Positions 33,564 through 43,572 of a DNA stretch of 64,000 bases are shown one piece after another. The DNA lies in assembly GCA_963851265.1 (NCBI GenBank), contig CAWKNZ010000002.1:1216001-1280000 (forward strand), read 5' to 3'. The notes below the pieces were generated by a model, which was not told the DNA's origin, did not search any database, and saw nothing but the letters and a program-made list of their open reading frames with translations. The stretch's first letter is position 1. Every line of letters begins with the position of its first letter. The translations under genes were made by a program, and so were the position numbers. The stretch is from an uncultured Gemmatimonadales bacterium. Its GTDB lineage: Bacteria; Gemmatimonadota; Gemmatimonadetes; Gemmatimonadales; Gemmatimonadaceae.

Positions 33564-34810
33564 CCCTGCTCGACTCCACGTCCGGCGCGTCCGCGCCGGC
33601 GACGACGGACCGCTTCGGCGCGTTCGGCGGCCGCTACGTCCCCGAGACGCTCATCCCCGCGCTCGACGAACTCGAACTCGCGTTCGATGCGGCGATGCGC
33701 GACGCGGGGTACCGCGCCGAACTCGACGACCTGCTGCGCACGTACGTGGGCCGCCCGTCGCCGCTCAGCGCCGCGCCGCGCCTCTCGGCTTTGGTCGGGG
33801 CGCCCGTCTGGCTCAAGCGTGAGGACCTGAACCACACGGGCGCGCACAAGATCAACAACACGGTCGGGCAGGTGCTGCTCGCACGGCGCATGGGCAAACG
33901 GCGCATCATCGCGGAGACCGGGGCGGGGCAGCACGGCGTCGCGACCGCGACCGTGTGCGCGCGGTTCGGACTTCCGTGCGTCGTCTACATGGGCGCGGCC
34001 GACATGGAGCGGCAGGCGCTCAACGTGTGGCGCATGCGGCTGCTCGGCGCCGAGGTCGTTCCGGTCACCGCGGGGACGCGCACGCTCAAGGACGCGACGA
34101 GCGAGGCGATCCGCGACTGGGTGACCAACGTCGAGTCGAGTCACTACATCATCGGGTCGGTCGTCGGGCCGGCGCCGTACCCGCGGATCGTGCGCGAGCT
34201 GCAGTCGCCGATCGGGCGCGAGGCGCGGGCGCAGATGCTCGAGCGCGCCGGCCGGCTTCCGCACACGGTGGTGGCGTGCGTCGGCGGCGGCTCCAACGCG
34301 ATGGGAATCTTCGCCGGCTTCGTCGACGACGCCGACGTCGAGCTGGTGGGCATCGAGGCGGCGGGCGAGGGCGTCGAGACGGCGCGTCATGCCGCTTCGC
34401 TCGCGCGCGGCACGCCGGGCGTGCTGCACGGCGCGTTGAGCTACCTGTTGCAGGACGCGCGAGGGCAGGTGGTCGACGCGCACTCCATCTCGGCCGGCCT
34501 CGACTACCCGGGCGTCGGGCCCGAGCACGCGTACCTGCGCGACTCCGGGCGGGCGCGCTACGTGCCGGTGACCGACGCGGCAGCGCTCCGCGGCTTCGCC
34601 CTGCTCAGCCGCCTCGAAGGCATCATCCCCGCACTCGAAACGTCGCACGCGGTGGCGTGGGTGGCGGACCAGGCGGGCGCGTGGGCCGCCGACGCGCCGG
34701 TGCTCATCTGCGTGAGCGGCCGAGGCGACAAGGACGCCGCGCAGGTGAGCGCGTTAGGCACGCTGCCCGACGTCGGCCCGCTGCCGCCCTACCCCGAGTC
34801 CGACGCGTGA
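33560..34810 (+). CDS. trpB: Tryptophan synthase beta chain
   Basis: [55 protein letters not shown]. Confidence 0.97.
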   Translation: MTLLDSTSGASAPATTDRFGAFGGRYVPETLIPALDELELAFDAAMRDAGYRAELDDLLRTYVGRPSPLSAAPRLSALVGAPVWLKREDLNHTGAHKINNTVGQVLLARRMGKRRIIAETGAGQHGVATATVCARFGLPCVVYMGAADMERQALNVWRMRLLGAEVVPVTAGTRTLKDATSEAIRDWVTNVESSHYIIGSVVGPAPYPRIVRELQSPIGREARAQMLERAGRLPHTVVACVGGGSNAMGIFAGFVDDADVELVGIEAAGEGVETARHAASLARGTPGVLHGALSYLLQDARGQVVDAHSISAGLDYPGVGPEHAYLRDSGRARYVPVTDAAALRGFALLSRLEGIIPALETSHAVAWVADQAGAWAADAPVLICVSGRGDKDAAQVSALGTLPDVGPLPPYPESDA

Positions 34811-35664
34811 CGGCGCTCGCAGGCGCGCTCGCGAGCGGCCCGCGCGTCGGCGCGATCGCGGCACGGTTCGACCGACTGCGGGCCGAGGACCGCGCGGCAC
34901 TCGTGTGCTACGCGACCGCCGGGCACCCGGATCCGGATCGGTCCGTCGCGCTCCTTCGCGGGCTGGAGGCGGCCGGCGCCGACGTGATCGAGCTCGGCGT
35001 CCCGTTCTCCGAACCGCTCGCGGACGGTCCGGTCATCCAGCACAGCTCGAGCGTCGCACTCTCGCACGGCATCGACCTCGCCGGCGCGCTCGCGCTGCTC
35101 GAGCGTGCCGCGCTCGCGGTGCCGGTCGTGCTCTTCACGTACCTCAACCCGTTGCTCGCGGCGGGCCCCGACGTGCTCGCGCGGGCGGCGTCGGCGGGCG
35201 TGTCGGGCGTGCTCGTCACCGATCTGCCCGTCGGCGCCGACGCGGCCCGCGAGGCGTGGATCGGAGAGGGCCCGCTCGACTTCGTCCGGCTCGTCGCGCC
35301 GACGACACCGGCCGCGCGCATGGCGCTCATCGCGCGACACGGCCGCGGCTTCGTCTACCTCATCAGCCGACTCGGCGTGACGGGCGAGCAGAACGAGCTC
35401 GCGGCGTCGCTCCCGGCGACGATCGCGCGCCTGCGCGGCGTGACCGAGCTGCCGATCTGCGTGGGGTTCGGCATCGCGCGCCCCGAGCAGGCCGCCGCCG
35501 TCGCGCGCCTCGCCGACGGCGTGGTCGTGGGCAGCGCGATCGTGCGGGCGGCCGACCGGAGCGTCGACGAGGCAGTCGCGCTCACGCGGGAGCTGCGCGC
35601 CGCCATCGACGGCGCCGACCGGAGCGCGATCGGTCGCGAGGTGCCCGGCACCACATCGCGTTGA
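34807..35664 (+). CDS. trpA: Tryptophan synthase alpha chain
   Basis: [40 protein letters not shown]. Confidence 0.96.
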   Translation: MTALAGALASGPRVGAIAARFDRLRAEDRAALVCYATAGHPDPDRSVALLRGLEAAGADVIELGVPFSEPLADGPVIQHSSSVALSHGIDLAGALALLERAALAVPVVLFTYLNPLLAAGPDVLARAASAGVSGVLVTDLPVGADAAREAWIGEGPLDFVRLVAPTTPAARMALIARHGRGFVYLISRLGVTGEQNELAASLPATIARLRGVTELPICVGFGIARPEQAAAVARLADGVVVGSAIVRAADRSVDEAVALTRELRAAIDGADRSAIGREVPGTTSR

Positions 35665-35689
35665 CCCCCGCGCCGGCCGATCCTACGTT
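35661..35689 (+). promoter_or_regulatory. Internal sigma70-like promoter TTGACC-N17-TACGTT, probably leaderless folB transcript
   Basis: -35 at 35661-35666 and -10 at 35684-35689. folB GTG lies 6 nt downstream, with no SD. Confidence 0.6.
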
Positions 35690-35695
35690 CCCGCC

Positions 35696-36139
35696 GTGAC
35701 CACCCCCACGCGCCAGGCCGCGCTCGACGAGCAGACAGTCTCGCTCGTGGGCATGCGCTTCCATACGCTCGTCGGCGTGCTGCCGCACGAGCAGGAGATC
35801 GCCCAGCCGCTCGAGGTCGACGTGTCGGCGGTGCGCGCGCGCACGGCGGCGGGCTACGCGGCTGGCGACGTGCTCGACTACCGCCGCCTGTACGCGGTGG
35901 TGGCCGATGTGGCCTCGCGGCGCGTCGCGTGGCTCGAGGACGCGGCCGACGCGATCGCATCGCGGCTCCTCGCCGAGGAGGCCCTCGCCCGTGTGCGCGT
36001 GGCAGTGCGCAAGCCGCACGTCGCGCTCGGTGGCCCGCTCGCCTACGCGGAAGTCTGCGTCGAGCGCGCCGCCGGCATGTCGGGTCGCACCGCGACGCGC
36101 GACCTGGCCGTCGACTCGCCCGCGGAGCCGCTCGCGTGA
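35696..36139 (+). CDS. folB: Dihydroneopterin aldolase
   Basis: GVLPHEQ...QPLEVD, LDY, LE, VRKP. Precedes folK. Confidence 0.85.
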   Translation: MTTPTRQAALDEQTVSLVGMRFHTLVGVLPHEQEIAQPLEVDVSAVRARTAAGYAAGDVLDYRRLYAVVADVASRRVAWLEDAADAIASRLLAEEALARVRVAVRKPHVALGGPLAYAEVCVERAAGMSGRTATRDLAVDSPAEPLA

Positions 36140-36609
36140 CCGCGGAGGCATGCGCGCCTGTGGCGGTGTACGTCGCGCTCGGCTCCAACCTCGGCGACCG
36201 CGAGGCGCACCTCGCGGCGGCGCGTGCCGGACTCGCCGCGCTCCCTTCGACGCGCGTCGTCTCGGCGTCCCGGATCGAGGAAACGGCGCCGATCGGGCCG
36301 GCCGGGCAGGGCGCGTACCTCAACCAGATGCTCCACGTCGAGACGGCGCTCGCGCCGACAGCGCTGCTCGCCGCCGCGCAGGCGATCGAGCGCGAGCAGG
36401 GCCGCCGGCGCGATCCGGCCGCACGCTGGGGCCCGCGCACGCTCGACATCGACCTCGTGCTGTTCGGAGATCGACCGATCGGGTCGGCGTCCCTCCAGCT
36501 TCCGCACCCGGAGCTCGCCCACCGCGACTTCTGGCAACGCGAACTCGCCGAACTCGGCGTCGACTGGCAGGTCGCACTCGCGGCGGTGCACGCCGGGGCC
36601 GCCGCGTGA
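36136..36609 (+). CDS. folK: 6-hydroxymethyl-7,8-dihydropterin pyrophosphokinase
   Basis: YVALGSNLGDR, YLNQ, RWGPRTLDIDL, LPHP. Confidence 0.95.
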   Translation: MTAEACAPVAVYVALGSNLGDREAHLAAARAGLAALPSTRVVSASRIEETAPIGPAGQGAYLNQMLHVETALAPTALLAAAQAIEREQGRRRDPAARWGPRTLDIDLVLFGDRPIGSASLQLPHPELAHRDFWQRELAELGVDWQVALAAVHAGAAA

Positions 36610-37433
36610 CTCACGGCGCGGGCAGCGCGCCAGGTCGACGCCTCACGCCGCGCACCTTCGCCGCGGCCAAGGGCCGCCCCGAACCGCTCGTCGTCGTGGC
36701 CGCCTACGACGCACTTTTCGCGCGCCTGGCCGAGGACGGGGGGGTCGACTGCGTGCTCGTCGGCGACTCGTTAGGCAACGTCGTCGCGGGGTACGAGTCG
36801 ACGCTCCCCGTGACGCTCGACATGATGGTCTACCACGGCGCGGCGGTACGCCGCGGCGTGTCGCGCGCGCTCGTCGTCGTGGACATGCCGTTCCTGACGT
36901 ACGAGGTCACGACGGAACGCGCACTGCTCAACGCCGGGCGCGTGATGCAGGAAACCCGCTGCGACGCGGTGAAGCTGGAAGGCGGCTCGGAGCAGACCGC
37001 CGACACCGTCGCCGCGCTCGTGCGCGCGGGGATTCCGGTGATGGGCCACCTCGGGTTCACGCCGCAGCGCGTGAACACGCTCGGAGGTTTCCGCGTCCAG
37101 GGCCGTGACGCGGACGGCGCGAACCGGATCGTGGACGAGGCGAAGCGCCTCGAAGCCGCCGGTGCGTTCTCGATCGTCCTCGAGCTCGTCCCGGGTGAGG
37201 TGGCCGAGCGCGTAACGCGGGCGGTCGCGGTCCCGACGATCGGGATCGGGGCGGGCGCCGCGTGCGACGGTCAGGTGCTGGTGCTCGCCGACCTGCTCGG
37301 CCTAACGGACGGGTTCAAGCCGAAGTTCGTGAAGCGGTACGCAGACCTCGCGGGCGACGTGCGCGGCGCGGTGACGCGCTTCACGGCCGACGTGCGGGCC
37401 CGCGCGTATCCCGACGCCGACCACGCCTTCTGA
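36606..37433 (+). CDS. panB: 3-methyl-2-oxobutanoate hydroxymethyltransferase
   Basis: AYDA, LVGDSLG, DMPF, VKLEGG, GHLGFTPQ, IGIGAG, DGQVLV. Confidence 0.96.
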   Translation: MTHGAGSAPGRRLTPRTFAAAKGRPEPLVVVAAYDALFARLAEDGGVDCVLVGDSLGNVVAGYESTLPVTLDMMVYHGAAVRRGVSRALVVVDMPFLTYEVTTERALLNAGRVMQETRCDAVKLEGGSEQTADTVAALVRAGIPVMGHLGFTPQRVNTLGGFRVQGRDADGANRIVDEAKRLEAAGAFSIVLELVPGEVAERVTRAVAVPTIGIGAGAACDGQVLVLADLLGLTDGFKPKFVKRYADLAGDVRGAVTRFTADVRARAYPDADHAF

Positions 37434-37443
37434 GCGGCGACGC

Positions 37444-38334
37444 ATGCAGACGGTGAATACCGCGCGCGAGCTGCGCGAGGCGATTGCGGGCGCGCGCTCC
37501 GGCGCCGCGGCGCGCGTCGCGCTCGTCCCGACGATGGGCGCGCTGCACGACGGACACCTCGCGCTCGTGGACGAAGCTCGGCGGCACGCCGACGTCGTCG
37601 TGATGAGCATATTCGTCAACCCGCTGCAGTTCGCTCCCACGGACGACTTCGCGCGCTACCCGCGCGACCCGGTGGGCGACGCCGAAAAGGCTGCCGCGCA
37701 GGGCGTCGACGTGCTCTTCACGCCGGACGTCCACGAGTTGTACCCGCGCGGCGAGCCGCGCGCGCGCGTCGTCCCAGGTGCGGTGGCCGACCGGTGGGAA
37801 GGCGCGGTCCGGCCGGGGCACTTCGCCGGCGTGCTCACCATCGTCCTCAAACTGCTCAACATCGTGCGGCCCGACGTCGCGGTGTTCGGACAGAAAGATG
37901 CGCAGCAGGTGGCCGTGGTGCGCGCGATGATCGAGGACCTGAACGTGCCCGTCGAACTCGTGGTCGTTCCCACGGTGCGAGAGGACGATGGGCTCGCACG
38001 GTCGAGTCGCAACGTGTACCTCGACCAAGCATCGCGTCGGCGCGCGCGCGCGATCCCGACCGCGCTCGCCGCGGCAGAGCGCGCGTTCGCGGCGGGCGAG
38101 CGCGATGCGAGCGCGTTGGAACATCGCGTGAGAGATTCGCTTCGCGACGCGGGCGACCTCACCGCCGACTACGTCGCGTTCGCAAATCCAGAGACCCTCG
38201 AACCCCTGGCGCGCGCGGACGTCGGGACGCTCGTGATGGTTGCCGCACGCGTGGGACCGACGCGTCTGCTCGACACGATCGTGCTCGGCGCCCCGCGTTT
38301 CGGGACGGGCCGAAGCACGCGGAGCGCGGCGTGA
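37444..38334 (+). CDS. panC: Pantoate-beta-alanine ligase
   Basis: VPTMGALHDGH, SIFVNPLQF, RPGHF, FGQKD, SSRN. Confidence 0.96.
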   Translation: MQTVNTARELREAIAGARSGAAARVALVPTMGALHDGHLALVDEARRHADVVVMSIFVNPLQFAPTDDFARYPRDPVGDAEKAAAQGVDVLFTPDVHELYPRGEPRARVVPGAVADRWEGAVRPGHFAGVLTIVLKLLNIVRPDVAVFGQKDAQQVAVVRAMIEDLNVPVELVVVPTVREDDGLARSSRNVYLDQASRRRARAIPTALAAAERAFAAGERDASALEHRVRDSLRDAGDLTADYVAFANPETLEPLARADVGTLVMVAARVGPTRLLDTIVLGAPRFGTGRSTRSAA

Positions 38335-38897
38335 AGCCGGCCGAGCACGCGATCTCGCTTCCGCCGTGGGCACAGGTCGGCGAGAAGCGCCGCGCGCACA
38401 TCGCGCGGGTCACGGCCATGCTGGACGGCTGGGCCCAGGCGATCGCGGGCGACGCCGACGAGGCGCGCGCCCTGCACGACGTCGGCGTGCTGCACGACGC
38501 GCTTCGCGACGCGCCCGAAGACGAACTCCGCCAACTGGCCGCAGCGGACGACTCGAGCACGGTCGCGAACGCGCCCGTCGACCTGCTGCACGGGCCCGCG
38601 GCCGCGGCCATGCTCGCACGCGTGGGCGAGACGCGCGCGGCCGTGATCGACGCGGTCCGCTGGCACACGCTCGGCTCGCCCGCGTGGGGGCGGGTCGGTC
38701 GCGCCCTCTACCTCGCCGATTTCCTCGAACCGGGTCGGAAGTTTGCGACCGCCGACCGCGCGTACCTCGCCGCGCAGGTGCCGCGCGACTTCGACGGCAC
38801 CTTCCGACAGGTCGTGCGCATGCGGCTGCAGTGGTCGTTGAACGAAGGCAAGCAGCTCTACGCGGCGACGGTCGAACTGTGGAATGCCGTCCGGTGA
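38331..38897 (+). CDS. HD-domain protein, YqeK-like (Ap4A hydrolase family)
   Basis: RAH...LHD...LLHGP...WHT...LYLADFLEPGR matches the YqeK layout. Confidence 0.75.
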   Translation: MKPAEHAISLPPWAQVGEKRRAHIARVTAMLDGWAQAIAGDADEARALHDVGVLHDALRDAPEDELRQLAAADDSSTVANAPVDLLHGPAAAAMLARVGETRAAVIDAVRWHTLGSPAWGRVGRALYLADFLEPGRKFATADRAYLAAQVPRDFDGTFRQVVRMRLQWSLNEGKQLYAATVELWNAVR

Positions 38898-38942
38898 GCG
38901 CGCGGCGCGCCGCGTGTTCAGCGACTTGAGCCGGCCCTCGCG

Positions 38943-39461
38943 ATGACCGGGATGCCGCTGCCCGTCGACGCCGGCACGCCGGAGCCGCGACGGCGTCGCG
39001 GCCGCGTGCGCGTCGCGGCGGCGGCCGTCGTGATCGCCGCTGCGTTAGGCATCGGCGGGTGGTACGGCGTCCGCGTGGTGCGGGCGCGCCGCGCGGCCGC
39101 GCTCCCGCCCGCGCCGACCGCCGGGCGCGGCGTCACGTCTGACTCGCTCGCGCGCGCGCCGAACGGCGTCCGGGTGAAGGTGCAGGTCGTGAACGCGACG
39201 CGTGTGCGCGGGCTGGCGCGCCGGGCAACTCAGGCGATCCGCGACCGCGGGTACGATGTCGTGGAGATCGGCACCACGGGGCAGCAGCGCGACACCACGC
39301 TCGTGCTCGACCGCTCGGGGCACCAGGACTGGGCGCGTCGGCTGGCCCGGGCGATGGGCGGGGCGCGCGTGGAAGCGCGCCCCGACAGCTCACACTACCT
39401 CGACCTCACGGTCCTCGTCGGCCGGTCGTGGCACCCGCCGGCCGAGCCGTTCTACCCGTAG
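38943..39461 (+). CDS. Membrane-anchored LytR C-terminal (LytR_C) domain protein
   Basis: One TM, then VQVVNATRVRGLA...DLTVLVG. Confidence 0.78.
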   Translation: MTGMPLPVDAGTPEPRRRRGRVRVAAAAVVIAAALGIGGWYGVRVVRARRAAALPPAPTAGRGVTSDSLARAPNGVRVKVQVVNATRVRGLARRATQAIRDRGYDVVEIGTTGQQRDTTLVLDRSGHQDWARRLARAMGGARVEARPDSSHYLDLTVLVGRSWHPPAEPFYP

Positions 39462-40514
39462 CTGGCCGCAGGCGGCGGCGATGTCCGTGCCGCGGCTGCG
39501 ACGGACCGCGACCTCGACGCCGCCGGCGCGCACCGCGCGCGCGAAGCGCTGGATCTGGTCGGCCGGTGTGGGCACGAACTCGCCGGCACCACCCGGGTGG
39601 AGCGGAATGAGGTTCACGAACGCGCGACACTCGCGCGCGAGCGCCGCGAGCGCGCGCGCGTGCTCGGGCGCGTCGTTCACGCCGCCAAGCATCACGTACT
39701 CGAACGTGGTACGCCGGTCGAACGCTTTGGCGGCGTCGAGCACATCCGCGAGCGGGTACTTGATGTTGACCGGCATGAGCGCGCCGCGGAGCGTGTCGTC
39801 CGGCGCGTGGATCGACAGCGCGAGGCGGAACTGCTCCGGGCGCTCGCCGAGCGCGACGATGCCGGGGAGCACGCCCACGGTCGAGACCGTGATGTGACGC
39901 GCGCCGATGCCGAACCCGCGCGGGTCGTTGAGGATCGTGAGCGTGGGCGACACCGCCCCCCAGTTCATGAGCGGTTCGCCCATGCCCATGAACACGATGT
40001 TGGTCGGCCGGATCGGTCCGTCGTCGAGCAGCGCGAGCTCGCGCACCTGCCCGGCGATCTCGCTCGGGCGAAGGTTGCGCTGGAACCCCATCGCGCCCGT
40101 CGCGCAGAAGGCGCACGCGAGCGCGCACCCGGCCTGCGACGAGATGCAGAGCGTGAGGCGGTCCGCGTCTGGAATGGCAACGGTTTCGATCAACTGACCG
40201 TCCGACAGGCGGAACAGGAACTTCTGCGTCCCGTCGGCCGAGCACTGCCGTGCAGCGAGCTCGAGCCGGGGCAGCTCGAAGCGCGCCGCGAGCGTCGCGC
40301 GAAGCGACGCGGGCAGCTCGCTCATCGCGTCGAAGCTCGCCACGGGCCGCTGCCAAAGACGGCGAAGGACCTGTCCCGCGCGGTACGCCGGCTGACCGAG
40401 GTCGGCCATGGCGGCGCATAGCTCGCGCTCCGCCGCGGCCGGATCGACGTCGAGCAGCGTCGGCGGCGCGTCGCGACGGGCGCGCGGATCGAGCGTGGGG
40501 AGCGTCAGGGTCAC
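39390..40514 (-). CDS. rlmN: Dual-specificity radical SAM RNA methyltransferase RlmN
   Basis: CISSQAGCALACAFCATG, FMGMGEP, GTDIAAACGQL. Confidence 0.95.
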   Translation of the reverse strand: MTLTLPTLDPRARRDAPPTLLDVDPAAAERELCAAMADLGQPAYRAGQVLRRLWQRPVASFDAMSELPASLRATLAARFELPRLELAARQCSADGTQKFLFRLSDGQLIETVAIPDADRLTLCISSQAGCALACAFCATGAMGFQRNLRPSEIAGQVRELALLDDGPIRPTNIVFMGMGEPLMNWGAVSPTLTILNDPRGFGIGARHITVSTVGVLPGIVALGERPEQFRLALSIHAPDDTLRGALMPVNIKYPLADVLDAAKAFDRRTTFEYVMLGGVNDAPEHARALAALARECRAFVNLIPLHPGGAGEFVPTPADQIQRFARAVRAGGVEVAVRRSRGTDIAAACGQLRVERLGRRVPRPADEDREVEVV

Positions 40515-40617
40515 GAGACGGAAATCTAAGCCAGCCAGGAACTTGCGTGCCGCGTGTCACGCCACGTGGGACGCGGTTCTCCTACCTCCACCCCACGGCG
40601 TCCGTTAAGATCCTGTG

Positions 40618-40623
40618 TATAGT
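40618..40623 (+). promoter_or_regulatory. Putative -10 box (TATAGT) for the aspS operon
   Basis: AT-rich patch in the rlmN/aspS divergent gap. Same GTGTATA(C/G)T context as the ssrA -10. Confidence 0.45.
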
Positions 40624-40667
40624 CCGCGCCGGCGACAGTCGGGCGGTTCGACCTCTCGTCTGCCTTC

Positions 40668-42503
40668 GTGTCCGACCCCGCTTCAAGTACGCCGCTTCCG
40701 CCTGCGGGTCTTCCCGCGACGTCCCTCCGCACCCACGCGTGCGGCGCGCTCCGGCCGGCCGACGCCGGCACGGCCGTCACCCTCGGCGGCTGGGTGCACC
40801 GCGTTCGCGATCTCGGCGCGCTGGTCTTCGTCGACCTGCGCGACCGCACCGGTATCGCCCAGCTCTCGTTCGACCCGGAGTGGTGCGACCTCGGCACGAT
40901 CACCGCGGCCGCGGCGCTCGGCGTGGAAAGCGTCGTGCTCGTCGACGGAGCGGTCGCGCTCCGCCCGGCCGAACGGCGGAATCCCGAGATGGAGACCGGA
41001 GACGTCGAGGTGCGCGCGCGCGCCCTGCGTCTCGTCGGACCGGCGGCGACGCCCGCGATCCCGGTCGCACGCGGACGGTCGGACAAACTCCCGGCCGAGG
41101 ACCTGCGCCTCCGCCACCGCCAGCTCGACCTCCGCCGCCCCGAGTTGCAGCGGAACCTGGTGCTGCGCCACCGGTTGCTGCAGACGACGCGGCGATACCT
41201 GAGCGCGCACGGCTTTCTGGAGCTCGAGACGCCGATCCTCACGAAGCCGACGCCTGAGGGTGCGCGCGACTACCTCGTGCCGAGCCGGCTGCACGTGGGC
41301 GAGTTCTACGCGCTACCGCAGAGTCCGCAGCTCTACAAGCAGCTGTTCATGATTGCGGGATTCGACCGGTACTTCCAGATCGCGCGCTGCTTTCGCGACG
41401 AGGATCTCCGCGCGGACCGTCAGCCCGAGTTCACGCAGATCGACGTCGAAGCCTCGTTCGTCGCGCAGGCCGACATCGTCGCGCTCACGGAAGGGCTGCT
41501 CGTCGAGCTGTTCGCGGAGGCCGGCTTTCGGGTTGCAGCGCCCTTCCGACAGATGACCTACGCCGACGCGATGGAGCGCTACGGCATCGACCGGCCGGAC
41601 TTGCGGTACGGGCTCGAGCTGTCCGACGTCAGCGACGTCTTTCGCGGCTCGGAGTTCAAGGCCGCGGAATCGGTGTTCGGGGCCGGGGGTCGCTTCCGCG
41701 GGTTCGTCGCGCCGGGCGGCGCGCGGTTCTCGCGGAAGGAGCAGGACGAGTTCACCGCGCTCGCGAAGGGCGCCGGCGCTCCGTACGCGATCGTCTTGAA
41801 GCAGGTCGACGGGAAGCTCGATGGATCGGCGGCGAAGTTCCTGCGCGCGGACGCGGCCGAGCGGCTCGGGCTGGTGGACGACGCGGCGGCGGTGATCGTG
41901 CCCGGTCCGGACCACGTGACGAGCCCCGCGCTCGACCGGCTGCGGCAGGACGTCGCGCGCCGACTGGATCTGGTGCGCGCCGACGTGCTCGAGCTGTTGT
42001 GGGTGGTCGACTTCCCGATGTTCGAGCGCGATCCGTCCACCGGCGCGCTCGCCGCGATGCACCACCCATTCACCTCCGCGCAACCCGAAGACCTGCCGTT
42101 GCTCTCGACCGAGCCGTGGCGCGCGCGCGCGCGCGCCTACGATGTCGTGCTAAACGGCACCGAGCTCGGCGGCGGGAGCATCCGCATCAGCGACGCCGCT
42201 CAGCAGGAGCACGCGCTCTCGCTGCTCGGGATCGACGCGGCCACGGCCGAAGCGCGCTTCGGGTTCCTGCTCGAAGCCCTCCGGAGCGGCGCGCCGCCGC
42301 ACGGTGGCATCGCGCTCGGCTTCGACCGGATCGCGATGCTGCTGTCCGGCGCGACGTCGCTTCGCGACGTGATCGCGTTTCCGAAGACGACGGCCGCCCG
42401 CGCGCTGTTCGAGGGGGCGCCGAGCGTCGTCCCCGTGCAGGACCTCCGCGACCTGCGATGGGGCGGCGACGAAGTGACGGTGAACGAGGGAGGGGCGGAG
42501 TGA
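40668..42503 (+). CDS. aspS: Aspartate-tRNA ligase
   Basis: [59 protein letters not shown]. Confidence 0.97.
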   Translation: MSDPASSTPLPPAGLPATSLRTHACGALRPADAGTAVTLGGWVHRVRDLGALVFVDLRDRTGIAQLSFDPEWCDLGTITAAAALGVESVVLVDGAVALRPAERRNPEMETGDVEVRARALRLVGPAATPAIPVARGRSDKLPAEDLRLRHRQLDLRRPELQRNLVLRHRLLQTTRRYLSAHGFLELETPILTKPTPEGARDYLVPSRLHVGEFYALPQSPQLYKQLFMIAGFDRYFQIARCFRDEDLRADRQPEFTQIDVEASFVAQADIVALTEGLLVELFAEAGFRVAAPFRQMTYADAMERYGIDRPDLRYGLELSDVSDVFRGSEFKAAESVFGAGGRFRGFVAPGGARFSRKEQDEFTALAKGAGAPYAIVLKQVDGKLDGSAAKFLRADAAERLGLVDDAAAVIVPGPDHVTSPALDRLRQDVARRLDLVRADVLELLWVVDFPMFERDPSTGALAAMHHPFTSAQPEDLPLLSTEPWRARARAYDVVLNGTELGGGSIRISDAAQQEHALSLLGIDAATAEARFGFLLEALRSGAPPHGGIALGFDRIAMLLSGATSLRDVIAFPKTTAARALFEGAPSVVPVQDLRDLRWGGDEVTVNEGGAE

Positions 42504-43519
42504 CCGAGGACGGCCTGTACCGCGCGCCCGACGCGGCGATCACGCAACGCATCAGCACCGAGGGAGCGGATCTCCTCACGCTTGCCGGCGTGAATGACCA
42601 GAATCTCGTCGAGCTCGCGCGCGTGACGGGCACGCGCGTCGCGCTCCGCGGCGAGTCGCTCACGTTGGGCGGGAGTACCGACGCAGTCGCGCGTGCGACC
42701 GCGATCGGCCAGCGGATGTTGGAGCTGACGCGGCAGGGCGTCGTGCTCAGCCCGGACGACGTGTTGCGGATCAGCCTCGAGTCGGGGCGCGACGCGGACG
42801 GCGCGGGGCCGAGCAACGGGGTGGCGCCCGCGGCCGCAGGCGGCGGCGGTGCGGACGGGCGGCTCGCTCTCCCGGGCGTCCGCAAGATCATCCAGGCCAA
42901 GACGCCCGGGCAGGCCGAGTACATGCGCAAGATCGCCGAACACGACGTGGTGGTCGGGATCGGTCCGGCGGGCACCGGCAAGACGTATCTCGCGGTGGCA
43001 ATGGCCGTCGACGCGCTCGTGCGCAAGCGCGTACGCCGCATCGTGCTCGCGCGGCCCGCGGTCGAGGCGGGGGAGTCGTTGGGCTTTCTCCCCGGTGACA
43101 TGCAGGCCAAGGTGGACCCGTACCTGCGGCCGCTCTACGACGCGCTCGACGAGATGATGCCGCAGGAGCGCGTGCAGAAGGCGCTCGAGACGCGGACGAT
43201 CGAGATCGCGCCGCTCGCGTTCATGCGCGGCCGCACGCTGGGCGACGCGTTCGTGATCCTCGACGAGGCGCAGAACGCGACCAACCTGCAGATGAAGATG
43301 TTCCTCACGCGCCTCGGCGTGAACTCGAAGATCGTCATCACCGGCGACAAGACGCAGATCGACCTGCCGCGGCGGGAAGATTCTGGGCTCATGCAGGTGG
43401 AGCGCATCCTGCACGGCATCGAGGGTATCTCGTTCCACTATTTCGGCGAGGCAGACGTGGTGCGGCACCGGCTCGTGCGCGAAATCATCAAGGCGTACGC
43501 CGACGACGCCGGCGACTGA
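42500..43519 (+). CDS. phoH: PhoH-family ATPase
   Basis: [42 protein letters not shown]. Confidence 0.93.
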   Translation: MTEDGLYRAPDAAITQRISTEGADLLTLAGVNDQNLVELARVTGTRVALRGESLTLGGSTDAVARATAIGQRMLELTRQGVVLSPDDVLRISLESGRDADGAGPSNGVAPAAAGGGGADGRLALPGVRKIIQAKTPGQAEYMRKIAEHDVVVGIGPAGTGKTYLAVAMAVDALVRKRVRRIVLARPAVEAGESLGFLPGDMQAKVDPYLRPLYDALDEMMPQERVQKALETRTIEIAPLAFMRGRTLGDAFVILDEAQNATNLQMKMFLTRLGVNSKIVITGDKTQIDLPRREDSGLMQVERILHGIEGISFHYFGEADVVRHRLVREIIKAYADDAGD

Positions 43520-43572
43520 CGCCGGCGTCGCACGACAGGCGCGCCGCGGTACCGCGAAGCGGGAGACGGACT

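Noticed and set aside
42118..42136. (GC)n dinucleotide run in aspS
   Set aside because: It encodes RARARA in frame and is unremarkable at this GC content.
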